Part shown: positions 31,096 through 41,308 of the stretch, in pieces
How positions within the stretch are numbered: position 1 is the first letter of the stretch
How the letters are laid out: each line of letters opens with the position of its first letter
Assembly: GCA_963836235.1 (NCBI GenBank)
Contig: CAWIIP010000001.1
Location: 512,175-576,174 of the forward strand
Origin: an uncultured Pseudomonadota bacterium
Lineage (GTDB): Bacteria; Oederibacteriota; Muellerivitia; Muellerivitales; Muellerivitaceae
DNA: 64,000 bases
Direction of reading: 5' to 3'
The notes under the pieces: generated by a model
The model's input: only the letters and a program-made list of their open reading frames with translations
What the model was told of the DNA's origin: nothing
The model's database searches: none
Position numbers and translations under genes: made by a program

Positions 31096-33163
31096 TTACG
31101 TCTTCCTTGTTATAAAAAGGGTGTTCAACCTTAAACCGTTTGTCCTTTAAATCTTCGATCAAGCTATTCACATCCAAGATGAGCGCTATCTTACCACTCC
31201 CAAGAATAGTTGCGCCCGAAAAACCGCGTATACCTTTCAAAATTCGATCCAATGATTTGATGGCAATTTCTTGTTGACCTATTACCTCATCCACCCGTAA
31301 ACCCACTCGGGATTCACCTACTTCAACAACAAGAACAGTCTCGAGCCCAGTCGAGTTTGTAACAGCTTGAATCGGCAATTCCAACAACTCTTGAAGTGGA
31401 TAAAGGGGAATAACATCTCCCCGTAAAACTATTGTTTCTTGTTGTTGAATTTTCTTTTTATCTTCCGGGAAAACATCAAGTGTTTCAATAATGTTGACAA
31501 CAGGTATGGCAAATATTTCATGATTGCACTTAACTAAAAGGGCCTTAATGATAGCAAGGGTAAGCGGAAACCTTAGGATAAAAGTCGTCCCTTGCCCCTT
31601 CTTGCTCAGAATTCGAAATGTTCCTCCCAAACTTTCAATCTTTGTTTTAGCGACGTCAACTCCAACGCCTCTTCCAGAAATCTCCGTAGCATTCTCAACG
31701 GTTGAAAACCCAGGTAATGCAATCAAGCGTATAGCTTCTTCGTCGGTTAATTTTGCCACATCCTCCGAAGACACGAGCCCTTTCGCAACGGATTTTTGGC
31801 GGATAACATCCGGATCTACTCCTCGACCATCATCCGAGATGGAAATAACCACGTAAGATCTTTCCCGTTTCGCTTGAAGTCGAATCGTTCCGTAACCCTC
31901 TTTTCCCTCCTTTTTTCTCTCATCGGGCGTTTCAATCCCGTGGTCGACAGCATTTCTTAAAAGGTGGACCAGTGGTTCACTCATTTCTTCCAGAACTGTC
32001 CTATCCAATTCAATTTCCGCTCCATCCATTTCCAAGTCAACTTGTTTGTTCAAGTTCTTAGCTAAATCCCTAACCATCCTAGGAAATCTTTCGAAAATTT
32101 GTTTCACCGACATCAATCGAACTTTCATGATTTCGTCTTGCAGTTCATCGGTGATGTGATTGAGTTGAGAAAGCGGATCCGATAATTCTTTTAGGGAATT
32201 GGAGGCGGCCACTTGTTCAAAACGGATTTTAGAAATGACCAATTCCTGAACTAAAGTCATTAATTTATCCAATTTCGAGGTGTGGACACGTATGGTAGGC
32301 AAAGCAATTTTTTTTTCGTCAGTAACTGTAGCCTGATCCGAAGAAGAAGGGTGAACTGTTTTAAAAGTCGGTTTCAAACCATTCTGACTCACAAATGAGG
32401 AGGAAGACCCGTTGGATTCAAAATCAGTAATTTCAACATCAACAATCTCGCCAACACTCAAAAGCGATTCTTTTACTTTTTCGGGTTTATACTCGGTCAC
32501 AATAACCAGTATAAATCGATCACCAAAATGGCCTTTTTCGACCTCTTCTGGAAGAGGGTTGCATCCGATTATTTCACCCAATTCATTTACTTTTTTTATA
32601 ACCATAAAAGCCCGAACATCTTTAAAAATGCAATTCGGGACAATTTGTACTTCTATTTTTAAAACGGAGAACCCACTCACCTTGGCTTGAGACAATATTT
32701 CTTGTTCCGATTCAGAAAAAAGCAGCGGAATCTCTGATGCCGGAACAACAGTTTCAGTCGGGTTTCCATCTGACTCGGACTGCCCTTCGAAATCGGAATG
32801 AAATAATTGAAGAACAGATTGAAGACTTTCTTCTTCAATAAAATCTTGTTCCGTTAAAACTTCAACCCATTTTTCCAACTGATCCAAGCAAATGAATAGG
32901 ACATCAACCATTCGAGTTGAAAGCTTCCGAGACCCGGCGCGAATGGGTTCTAAAACGGTTTCCATTCGATGGGTTAGCTGCACCATGGGATCGTAGCCCA
33001 TGGTGGCGGCCATTCCCTTCAGTGAATGAGCGGCGCGAAAAATATCTTGAATGGCGTCGGTTTGTGTTTGATTCTTTTCTAATAAAACCAACGAATTATT
33101 AAGTGTCGATAAATACTCGCGAGCCTCCGCTAAAAAAGCATTTTTATAATCTCCAATGTTCAC
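31079..33163 (-). CDS. cheA: Chemotaxis histidine kinase CheA
   Basis: FRAAHSLKGM (P1), P2-like domain, HLLRNAVDHGIE, SGRGVGVDV, PLTLAI, C-terminal CheW domain. Confidence 0.97.
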   Translation of the reverse strand: MNIGDYKNAFLAEAREYLSTLNNSLVLLEKNQTQTDAIQDIFRAAHSLKGMAATMGYDPMVQLTHRMETVLEPIRAGSRKLSTRMVDVLFICLDQLEKWVEVLTEQDFIEEESLQSVLQLFHSDFEGQSESDGNPTETVVPASEIPLLFSESEQEILSQAKVSGFSVLKIEVQIVPNCIFKDVRAFMVIKKVNELGEIIGCNPLPEEVEKGHFGDRFILVIVTEYKPEKVKESLLSVGEIVDVEITDFESNGSSSSFVSQNGLKPTFKTVHPSSSDQATVTDEKKIALPTIRVHTSKLDKLMTLVQELVISKIRFEQVAASNSLKELSDPLSQLNHITDELQDEIMKVRLMSVKQIFERFPRMVRDLAKNLNKQVDLEMDGAEIELDRTVLEEMSEPLVHLLRNAVDHGIETPDERKKEGKEGYGTIRLQAKRERSYVVISISDDGRGVDPDVIRQKSVAKGLVSSEDVAKLTDEEAIRLIALPGFSTVENATEISGRGVGVDVAKTKIESLGGTFRILSKKGQGTTFILRFPLTLAIIKALLVKCNHEIFAIPVVNIIETLDVFPEDKKKIQQQETIVLRGDVIPLYPLQELLELPIQAVTNSTGLETVLVVEVGESRVGLRVDEVIGQQEIAIKSLDRILKGIRGFSGATILGSGKIALILDVNSLIEDLKDKRFKVEHPFYNKEDVNAAQS

Positions 33164-33253
33164 AAGAACTCCCAATTAAACCAAAGTCCAAACCTTTTCT
33201 TCAAGTATGTTAAATTAATTAAAGAACGTCGATTAATGAAAAACTTTTGATTT

Positions 33254-34366
33254 TCACGTCGTTTCATTTTGGGCGTTCAAAAAAGTGTTGATCTGATTGG
33301 CAATTGCGGCCAGCGGCAGTTGAAGGTCTATTACCTTGGCGTCCACCGCGGATTTTGGCATGCCGTAAACGACACAACTCTCGGCATCCTGGGCAAATGT
33401 TTTTCCGCCAACTGCCTTTATACTTTTCAAACCATCTGTCCCATCTCGCCCCATTCCCGTCAATACAACGCCCAAACATTGTTTTCGAGCCACCTTTGCC
33501 ACGGAAGTCATCATTATATCCGCCGAAGGTTTCACACCCAATCGAGGAGGGGAATTATCAAAAAAAAAGCGAAATCGACCAGGTGCCCCCTCCAAAGTTA
33601 GATGGCATCCACCCGGCGCAAGATAAACCGACCCGCCTTTCAAACATCCATTTTCCACGGCTTCTGAAACACTTAGCGTGGTTACTTCCCCTAATCGGCG
33701 CGCTAACGCCTTAGTAAATCCAATTGATATGTGTTGAACGATGACAAATGCGGATGATGAATTTCCGTCGATGCCAGAAAATAACTCGTTTAAGGCTCGG
33801 GGACCTCCCGTCGAGGATGCGATTGCAACAATAAAAGTTGCCGGGTTATCCGCCTTAATTTCCGTTGAAATGATTTTTAAATGTGAATCTTTTTTTATTG
33901 AAAGCTTGGCATCGCTCTCTAAAAATAATGAGGGTTTGTACTTTGGCCTGCAAAGGGCCGCTATTTTAATTTTTTCGATCAATTCCCCTTGGATACCACG
34001 TGCGTTTTCCAAGAGCCTGCCAACCGGTTTTGCGATGCAGTCAACTGCTCCTAACTCGAGGGCTCGAATAGTCGTTTCACTTCCTTTGCCCGTATGACTT
34101 GAGAGCATGACCACGGGAGTCGGTTGTTCCCGCATAATCTTTTCGAGGGCCAACAAACCATCCATCCTTGGCATCTCAACATCCATAGTAATAACGTCGG
34201 GTTTAAGTTTTTTGGTCTTTTCAACAGCTTCCAAACCATTTTTAGCTGTATCCACAACATAGATTGATCCATTTGAATCGGCCAAAATATCTTGAAGAAT
34301 TTTTCGCATAAAATAAGAGTCGTCGACAATCAAAACTTTGATAGAAGATAATTTCTCAAGAGTCAT
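33254..34366 (-). CDS. cheB: Methylesterase response regulator CheB
   Basis: REC domain plus SSTGGP, VQH, LTGMGRDG triad, CVVYGMP. Confidence 0.96.
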   Translation of the reverse strand: MTLEKLSSIKVLIVDDSYFMRKILQDILADSNGSIYVVDTAKNGLEAVEKTKKLKPDVITMDVEMPRMDGLLALEKIMREQPTPVVMLSSHTGKGSETTIRALELGAVDCIAKPVGRLLENARGIQGELIEKIKIAALCRPKYKPSLFLESDAKLSIKKDSHLKIISTEIKADNPATFIVAIASSTGGPRALNELFSGIDGNSSSAFVIVQHISIGFTKALARRLGEVTTLSVSEAVENGCLKGGSVYLAPGGCHLTLEGAPGRFRFFFDNSPPRLGVKPSADIMMTSVAKVARKQCLGVVLTGMGRDGTDGLKSIKAVGGKTFAQDAESCVVYGMPKSAVDAKVIDLQLPLAAIANQINTFLNAQNETT

Positions 34367-34396
34367 GAAGATTTCCAAATGCCCGATACATCATTA

Positions 34397-34762
34397 TCAA
34401 GTGCCCACAACTCTTTTTAAGGCTTCGTGGACACGCGGAGGCTGAAAAGGCTTGATAATGAAATCTCGCGCTCCCGCCTGAATAGAATCGATGACCATAT
34501 TCTGCTGTCCCATCGCGCTCACCATAATGATTTTCGCTTGGGAATCAAATGCTCGAATCTCTTTAACGGCGTCAATACCGTTCATTTCAGGCATCACAAT
34601 ATCCATAGTGACAAGATCTGGTCGTAATTTCTTGTAAAGATCGACAGCATCCTTGCCGGTTCCAGCTTCGCCCACAAGTTCAAATGGTTCTTTAAGGATA
34701 ATCCCTTTCAAAACGGTTCTCATAAAAGAAGAATCATCAACAAACAATACTTTAATAGCCAA
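34397..34762 (-). CDS. cheY: CheY response regulator
   Basis: VDDSSFMR, MDIVMP, SAMGQQ, FIIKPF. Confidence 0.92.
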   Translation of the reverse strand: MAIKVLFVDDSSFMRTVLKGIILKEPFELVGEAGTGKDAVDLYKKLRPDLVTMDIVMPEMNGIDAVKEIRAFDSQAKIIMVSAMGQQNMVIDSIQAGARDFIIKPFQPPRVHEALKRVVGT

Positions 34763-34791
34763 TCGTTTTTCCTTCCCCGAAGAACTCACTT

Positions 34792-35280
34792 CTATTTTGA
34801 CAACAACCTCGCCTCATCAAAATCAAAGAGCCTCGTCAAATTTAAGAATAAAATCTGTCGGCGACCCAAAGCCAACACTTCTTTTATAAATTCAGGACCT
34901 ATATTGAGCGTCTGTTCTTTTGGACCAAAGCCCGCCAGGGCGGAACCTTTCAAAACTTCCAAAACTTTATCTACCAACAACCCCACCATTTGGCCTTCGA
35001 CCTCAACAACCAATATTCGCGATTCACTCGTTCGGTCCACAAGCGGCATATTAAAACGCCGTTTTAAATCAAGAACTGGAATAATACGACCCCGAAGATT
35101 GATGATGCCTTCCAAAAATTTGGGTGCCCTTGGCATGACCGTAATTTCCGCGACTCGAATAATTTCTAGAACGTGACCGATCTGAACGCACATCTCGGTT
35201 CCCGCAACGCAAAAAACAACCAGCTGAGTTTCGTTGTCAGGCTGAGAGCTTTTCGGAATTTCGGACAATGACATACTCAA
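34792..35280 (-). CDS. cheW: CheW
   Basis: GIINLRGRIIPVLDL, VGLLVDKV. Confidence 0.93.
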   Translation of the reverse strand: MSMSLSEIPKSSQPDNETQLVVFCVAGTEMCVQIGHVLEIIRVAEITVMPRAPKFLEGIINLRGRIIPVLDLKRRFNMPLVDRTSESRILVVEVEGQMVGLLVDKVLEVLKGSALAGFGPKEQTLNIGPEFIKEVLALGRRQILFLNLTRLFDFDEARLLSK

Positions 35281-35293
35281 AGTGCCGCCCTTA

Positions 35294-35779
35294 TTAAACC
35301 CATTCGGACAATTGATTTAATTTTCGAATTTCAACCCGGCCAGACGCAATATCAAAAATTACCGTTCGTCCCTGCCCTCCCCCGACTTGTTCCGCCAAAA
35401 TAGGTATGCCTCGTTCCTGCAACTTTTCCCGAACCGCAGAAACATTACGCAAACCTATAGGGATCGGATTCTGAGATATTGAAGAAAACATATTTGCGCC
35501 GCCAACAATTTTTGAAAAGAGATCCATTTGATGACATCCCAAACTTTCCATTTCCGACACAAGGACGTCAATCGCGGTATCTGCAAACTTACCCGGAGTT
35601 GCCTTCTGGGTATAAAGACGACTCGAGGGAAGCATGATGTGGGCTAGCCCGCCAACTTTAGCCCGAAGATCATAAAGTATAACGCCCACACAAGAGCCCA
35701 AACCATAAGCCATCAGCTTTTTCGGGCTGTGGGTTACTTTATATTCGGCAATTCCAACAACCAGCGTTTCCTCAGCCAT
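35294..35779 (-). CDS. cheD: Chemoreceptor glutamine deamidase CheD
   Basis: GLGSCVG, GGLAHIMLP, KFAD, GGANMF, IGLRN. Confidence 0.95.
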   Translation of the reverse strand: MAEETLVVGIAEYKVTHSPKKLMAYGLGSCVGVILYDLRAKVGGLAHIMLPSSRLYTQKATPGKFADTAIDVLVSEMESLGCHQMDLFSKIVGGANMFSSISQNPIPIGLRNVSAVREKLQERGIPILAEQVGGGQGRTVIFDIASGRVEIRKLNQLSEWV

Positions 35780-36410
35780 TCCCGGAAAGTCCAAGTGATT
35801 TTGAAAAGGCGGCAAACAATTTTTTCAAGGACCCGGCCTCCGGCAAAAGAAAAAAACTACCCGTTAGTTTTTTATTATTCTCGAGAAATTCGGTCTCAAT
35901 CACAATCGCAACTTCTTCTCTTTGCTCCAACTCCACTAAAATCGTGTCGAGCACAGCTTGCGCCATGTCTAAGGCCAAGCCCGGAACTCCATGTATCATT
36001 TGGATATGGACAAACCGAAACAGGGCGCTTAAATAAGAACCCGTCAATATACTCCCGAGTTCCTTAATGGCGGATTGGCCCAATTCGGATAAATGGAACG
36101 GATCGTTTTCTTCCTTTCCAATTAACATTCCGCAAAGCTCTTTAATTCTGGCGAGTGGAAAGAAAACAAGGGAAATCCCACAAACTTCTCCGTAAATGGG
36201 CATATGAACTGCGGCCACATTTTGTTCCAAACCACCCAAAAAACCTGCAATGGCATCGGTCGGTAAAACTAAAACCTTTGTTACGGACATATCAACCCGT
36301 CGCCCGACCATTTGAGAAAGAGCCGTAGCCGCATTCCCCGCTCCAACATTCCCAATTTCCCGCAAAGCATCCAATTGAAAATCCGTGAAAATTTCAGATT
36401 CAATGCCCAT
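35772..36410 (-). CDS. cheC: CheY-P phosphatase CheC (second copy)
   Basis: DALREIGNVGAGNAATALS; second site SAIKELGS lacks the Asn. Confidence 0.92.
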   Translation of the reverse strand: MGIESEIFTDFQLDALREIGNVGAGNAATALSQMVGRRVDMSVTKVLVLPTDAIAGFLGGLEQNVAAVHMPIYGEVCGISLVFFPLARIKELCGMLIGKEENDPFHLSELGQSAIKELGSILTGSYLSALFRFVHIQMIHGVPGLALDMAQAVLDTILVELEQREEVAIVIETEFLENNKKLTGSFFLLPEAGSLKKLFAAFSKSLGLSGNG

Positions 36411-36460
36411 GAGCGCCCATCCACAAAAATTTACCGACATGATCGTAAAACACCAACAAG

Positions 36461-36823
36461 TTAGCCCAAAGCTTTTTTGACCGCCTCCAAAACATTTGAA
36501 GGCTGGAAAGGCTTGACAATAAAGTCCTTGGCGCCCGCTTGAATTGCTTCGACTACCAGGGATTGTTGACCCATCGAACTGCACATAAGAATTTTCGCGG
36601 AGGGATTCACTTTTATGATTTCACGCACGGCATCAATCCCACCCATTTCGGGCATGATAATATCCATAATAGTTAAATCCGGTTTCAAATTTTTATATTG
36701 TTCAACCGCTTTAGCCCCATTTTCAGCCTCACCAATGATTTCGTATCCCGAACCCACTAAAATATTTTTCAGCATCATTCTCATAAATGACGCGTCATCA
36801 ACGAGCATAACTCGATGGGCCAC
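36461..36823 (-). CDS. cheY: CheY response regulator
   Basis: VDDASFMR, MDIIMP, SSMGQQ, DFIVKPF. Confidence 0.93.
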   Translation of the reverse strand: MAHRVMLVDDASFMRMMLKNILVGSGYEIIGEAENGAKAVEQYKNLKPDLTIMDIIMPEMGGIDAVREIIKVNPSAKILMCSSMGQQSLVVEAIQAGAKDFIVKPFQPSNVLEAVKKALG

Positions 36824-36944
36824 TTCACCCTCCCTAAAAATGAATAAATTCACTCAAAACACTCAAACTGATGTTAATTGTTTTGTTAAAAAATGAAAAC
36901 CCTTTTTCGCCGTTCAAAACATTTCGAGGACGAATCTCGCCTTA

Positions 36945-37283
36945 TCAAAGGGTATCTTCACCCCGTTCTCCGGTACGAACACGAATAACATCTTCCAGCG
37001 GCAAGATGAAAAACTTCCCGTCCCCAATTCGACCCGTGCGAACCGTTTCTAAAAGCAATTCGACCACTTTTTCCGCTTCGTCATCAGGCAAGGCTATTTC
37101 CACTCGAACTCTCGGCTGAAACTGAACTTTATAATCCGCTCCCTTTACCGCTTCGACTTGGACCTTTTGATATCCATACCCGGATGCCTCGGACAAGGTT
37201 ACCCCACGGACTCCAGCTTCCCACAATGCTTTTTTTACTTGGTCAGTTTTTTTCGGAGAAATAACACAAACGAGCAATTTCAT
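36945..37283 (-). CDS. P-II-family signal transduction protein (non-canonical)
   Basis: 112 aa; TGRIGDGKFF, IRVRTGERG, T-loop with Q39 and Y51. Confidence 0.93.
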   Translation of the reverse strand: MKLLVCVISPKKTDQVKKALWEAGVRGVTLSEASGYGYQKVQVEAVKGADYKVQFQPRVRVEIALPDDEAEKVVELLLETVRTGRIGDGKFFILPLEDVIRVRTGERGEDTL

Positions 37284-37295
37284 GAAGGTCCTCGG

Positions 37296-39515
37296 TTATT
37301 TGATCAATTTAGACTTGTCAGCGCTCGGGGAAATCTGCAGTTCCTTTTTCCAAACTTGAATCTGCTGAAGCATATCAATGGACTGAATCACCTTTTCCTC
37401 TTCCGGATTAGGTGAATCCATATATTTTTGGAACTCAACAACCGCCTCGTCCCACCAACTTTTAAATCGATAGACTTGCCCCAAGTGGAAATGTATCTCG
37501 TTTAGTTCTGGTTTAAGTTCCTGTGCTTTTTTAAGTTCGACGAGAGCTTCGTCCCACCATTTACGTCGAATGTAAACCTTGCCTAATTGCAAATGAGCGT
37601 CGGGAAATTGCGGGTCACAGGACACGGCTCTCGCTAAAACCTTCACGGCCTCATCCAATGTTTCCATGTTCAAATAGACTTCACCCAAATTGGTAAGGGC
37701 TTCGCGATTTTTCGGAACCAACCGAACCGTTTCTTGGAATTCCCTTACGGCTTCCAAATATTGTCCGGTGTTTTTATAAAGAAGCCCTAAGTTGAAATGA
37801 AGGGAGGGATTTTCAGGATCGGCCATAATCTGCTTAATCAATGCTTCCGACGCCTCAGACAAGACATTTTTTTTCTTCAGAGCGACTGCCAAATTATTTT
37901 GCGCCGTCTTATAAGCCGGGTCAATTTCAACGGCTTTTTTAAATGCCTCAATGGCTTTCTCATACTGACTCATCTTAAAATAAACGACTCCCAAATTATT
38001 GTAAGCTTTCGCGTATTGAGGGTTCAGCTTGATGGCTTTTTGGTAATGTCCTATTGATTCCGGGATCATTCCGGCGTTCTTATAGGCAACGCCCAAACTG
38101 TTGTGAATGATCGGATTTTGTGGATCAAATTCCATGGCTTTTTTATATTCCGCGATAGCTTCCTCAAATCGTCCCTTATCGGCCAAAGCCAACCCCAGAT
38201 AAGTCAAAGCTTCCGCGCTGGAGGCGATCGAAACATTTAATTCAATGGCCTGGGATATCTCTCGAATCGCTTCATCATAAAGATTCACTTTGTAATAATA
38301 AACGCCAAGGTAATAATGCGCCTCGGCATTTTGCGGATCGATCTCCAAAGCTTCTCGCACTTGCTGCGTCGCTTTCTCGCTCTCGCCCATTTTAAAGTAA
38401 GTGACACCCAACTCAAAATGGCCCATGCTGGATCCCGGTGAAATTTCAATGGCGGTTAAAAATTGTTTCGCGGCTTGGTCGGCCCGGTTAAGTTCCCGCA
38501 AAGCGATCCCGGTTTGGATATAGTTTTCAACATTCCTCGGAGCCAATTCAATCGCTTTTTGGGAAGCCGCCAATGAATCCTCCAACATTCCCTTCATGAG
38601 ATAGATTTCCCCCAATGCGCGATATAACTTTTCATGCCCGGGGACAGCCTCGATAGCCCGCTTATATTCCCGAATAGCCTCATCTAACAAGCCTTTCCCT
38701 TTATAAGCCGAAGCGAGGCTCAAATAAGTATCAACTCCGTTGTTGTCGACGGGAAGTGCGGCCACTTTCTCCGCAACCCGTTCTTCCATTGTTTTAGATC
38801 TTTCAATCGCCAAAAGAGCTTGGGAGCCTTGTCCAAAATTCGGATTTAAATCCACGGCTTTTTTGAATTCTCTTTCGGCTTCTTCAATCATGTTTTTATC
38901 GCCGTAAACAAAGCTTAAGTTGTAATGGGCGATGGCATAATCAGGATTAAGGGAAATGGCCTTTTTAAATTCAATTAAAGCCTCGTTTATCATTGCCTTT
39001 TTGTAGTAAACCTCGCCCAAATTATTATGCAGGTCGGCAAAAAAAGGATTTTTTTCAATGGCCTTACGAAATTCGGCTAAAGCCTCGTCGAATTTGCCCA
39101 TACATTTATTGGCTATCCCCAAATAATTCCTGGCAAAAGGATGGTCGGGATTTAATTGGAGGCATTTTCGATATTCCTCAACCGCTTTTTCATATTGACC
39201 CGTATAGCGATAAGCATTTGCCAGGTTGTAATAAGTCTCGGAGTCTTGAGGAAACATTTGGACGGATTTTTTGTAAGCTTCTATCGATCTGTCATAAAGA
39301 CCCGTATGACGATTTACGGCCTTTAAGTTTTCTTGGGCTTGATGATTCTCCGGGTCAACTTCCAAGGCCGTTTTAAATTCCTTTATGGCCTCGGCATACA
39401 TACCCTTCGAATAATAAAATACACCCAAATTATTGTGGGTGGACGCGTCTCCCTGATCGCTACCATTGGCAAGTTCACGAATGGTTTTTGTTTCAGGTCG
39501 GGTAGGCATAACCAA
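37296..39515 (-). CDS. Large all-TPR protein
   Basis: Continuous 34-aa repeats (HNNLGxxY...AIxEFxKAIELxP) over ~740 aa; no other domain recognised. Confidence 0.92.
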   Translation of the reverse strand: MVMPTRPETKTIRELANGSDQGDASTHNNLGVFYYSKGMYAEAIKEFKTALEVDPENHQAQENLKAVNRHTGLYDRSIEAYKKSVQMFPQDSETYYNLANAYRYTGQYEKAVEEYRKCLQLNPDHPFARNYLGIANKCMGKFDEALAEFRKAIEKNPFFADLHNNLGEVYYKKAMINEALIEFKKAISLNPDYAIAHYNLSFVYGDKNMIEEAEREFKKAVDLNPNFGQGSQALLAIERSKTMEERVAEKVAALPVDNNGVDTYLSLASAYKGKGLLDEAIREYKRAIEAVPGHEKLYRALGEIYLMKGMLEDSLAASQKAIELAPRNVENYIQTGIALRELNRADQAAKQFLTAIEISPGSSMGHFELGVTYFKMGESEKATQQVREALEIDPQNAEAHYYLGVYYYKVNLYDEAIREISQAIELNVSIASSAEALTYLGLALADKGRFEEAIAEYKKAMEFDPQNPIIHNSLGVAYKNAGMIPESIGHYQKAIKLNPQYAKAYNNLGVVYFKMSQYEKAIEAFKKAVEIDPAYKTAQNNLAVALKKKNVLSEASEALIKQIMADPENPSLHFNLGLLYKNTGQYLEAVREFQETVRLVPKNREALTNLGEVYLNMETLDEAVKVLARAVSCDPQFPDAHLQLGKVYIRRKWWDEALVELKKAQELKPELNEIHFHLGQVYRFKSWWDEAVVEFQKYMDSPNPEEEKVIQSIDMLQQIQVWKKELQISPSADKSKLIK

Positions 39516-40131
39516 CCTCGGGCGGCGGAAGTAAGAAGTTGTTGTCGTCGATCAATTTGTCGGGATTGAGAATGGAATAAAGTTCTTCCTTTATTTTACC
39601 CAAGCAATAATACAAATCGTTTTTTTTGCCAAACAAGTAGGAAGGCAGGGGTTCAATTTGCTCAATCTTAAATCGGGCCACTTCTTTTACCTGATCAACC
39701 CATAAAATAAAGGGTTTCCCTTTCTTTTCCAAAACCACAAACCAAGTGCCAACCAATTTTTGAATCTGCTCAATTTCGAGAAAAGCTCGAAAAGATAGAA
39801 CGGGAATGTTTTTACCCCGCAAAACGAACGTTCCTTTCCAGGGGCCGGTTGACTCTTCCAACAATTGAAAGGGAGCGTATTTTAAAACTTCGCGAATTCG
39901 AAAAGTCTCAATCCCATACCATTCGTTTTCCACGCGAAAGGTCAAAACCATCATACCCTGCATCACTTGCAAGATGTCTTGCTCTTCGACAAACCCCAGC
40001 TTCACGAGGACTTTCCCTATCGGTTCGTGAGTTTTTTTTTGTTCGCCCAAAGCTACTTGGATTTGACGGAAAGTGATTTTCCCAGCCTGGCGAAGAAGTT
40101 CACCCAAAGATTTTTCTTGAGGTTTCATCAT
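39493..40131 (-). CDS. CheW-like protein with N-terminal MshEN-like tandem motif
   Basis: SLGELLRQAGKITFRQIQVALGEQ-KKTHE-PIGKVLVKLGFV followed by VLTFRV..YGI..IREV..GTFVLRGKNIPVLS..LWVDQV. Confidence 0.82.
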   Translation of the reverse strand: MMKPQEKSLGELLRQAGKITFRQIQVALGEQKKTHEPIGKVLVKLGFVEEQDILQVMQGMMVLTFRVENEWYGIETFRIREVLKYAPFQLLEESTGPWKGTFVLRGKNIPVLSFRAFLEIEQIQKLVGTWFVVLEKKGKPFILWVDQVKEVARFKIEQIEPLPSYLFGKKNDLYYCLGKIKEELYSILNPDKLIDDNNFLLPPPEVGYAYPT

Positions 40132-40135
40132 GGAA

Positions 40136-41308
40136 CTAGTTTCCCCGTACTATTTTCAGATTGTTCTTCAAAATATCATTTGTGGGGTCAAGTTCCAACG
40201 CCTTCTCCCAATGGGTGACGGCTTTTTGTTTGTCCCCTTTTTTCATGTAAATATTCCCCAATTTTGACTGGGCATCCAGGTGCGACGGATTCAAAGTCAA
40301 AAGCCTCTCAAACTCAACAACCGCTTCGTCAAAATTCCCCTGTTTATAGCTCAAATTTCCCAAATTATCCAAAACCTGAATGTCGTTTGGATTAATGATT
40401 TTAGCCGCCTTGTATTCCTCCCGCGCCCGCTGAAGGTCACCTTGTTTGTCATAAATGTAACCCAAAACGTTGTGAACACTGGCATCATGAGGATTAATCT
40501 CCATAACCTTTTTATACATTTGAATGGCTTCTTCGTGCTGACCCCTCCCCGCGTAAATCATCCCCAATTTCAAATAAACTTCCGCATTGTTCGGATTTTT
40601 TTCTTTCGCGTGTCTCAGAATCTCCAAAGCCTTTTCGTATTGGCCCAATGACATATAGGCTTGGCCCAGTTTGAGGTGAACCTCCGGCTCGTGGGGATTT
40701 ATCTTCACCGCCTGAAGATATTGGACAATGGCCTCATTGTATTTGCCGGTTTTTAAATAAGCGTTCCCCAGAATAGCGTAAACTGCCGCGTGCCGTGGAT
40801 TGGTGATCAGGGCGCGTTCGTAATAAAAGATCGCTTCCTCCAGCTGGCCGGCCTGCTCAAAGGCATACCCTAATTTAAAGTAAATTTCGGCGTTACTTTG
40901 ATTTATGGCGATATATTTCCGGTATTCTATGATCGCCTCTTGGTACCTCCCCATTTTAGAAAAAACATTACCAAGATTATTATAAAGTCCAACATCGCCA
41001 GGATTTAATTCAACGGATTTTTGAAATTCCACAACAGCTTCCGGATATTTGCCCTGCACTTCCAAAAGAAGGCCCAATTTGCAGTGGGCATTCAAATTCA
41101 TTTGGTTTATTTCAAGGGAGCGGCGGTAATAGTCCTCCGCCTGGCTATAATTACCAACATTGGTGCAGAGACCACCCAACTGAAATAGAATCTCCCCATC
41201 CGAAGGGCTCAATTCCAAAGCCCGTTTAAACTCAACGATGGCGTCATCGTACCGGCGAGAGAGAGAAAAAGCCGTTCCCAAATTTATATGCTCTTGGGCC
41301 TTATCCAT
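40136..41308 (-). CDS. All-TPR protein
   Basis: About 11 consecutive TPR repeats. Confidence 0.92.
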   Translation of the reverse strand: MDKAQEHINLGTAFSLSRRYDDAIVEFKRALELSPSDGEILFQLGGLCTNVGNYSQAEDYYRRSLEINQMNLNAHCKLGLLLEVQGKYPEAVVEFQKSVELNPGDVGLYNNLGNVFSKMGRYQEAIIEYRKYIAINQSNAEIYFKLGYAFEQAGQLEEAIFYYERALITNPRHAAVYAILGNAYLKTGKYNEAIVQYLQAVKINPHEPEVHLKLGQAYMSLGQYEKALEILRHAKEKNPNNAEVYLKLGMIYAGRGQHEEAIQMYKKVMEINPHDASVHNVLGYIYDKQGDLQRAREEYKAAKIINPNDIQVLDNLGNLSYKQGNFDEAVVEFERLLTLNPSHLDAQSKLGNIYMKKGDKQKAVTHWEKALELDPTNDILKNNLKIVRGN

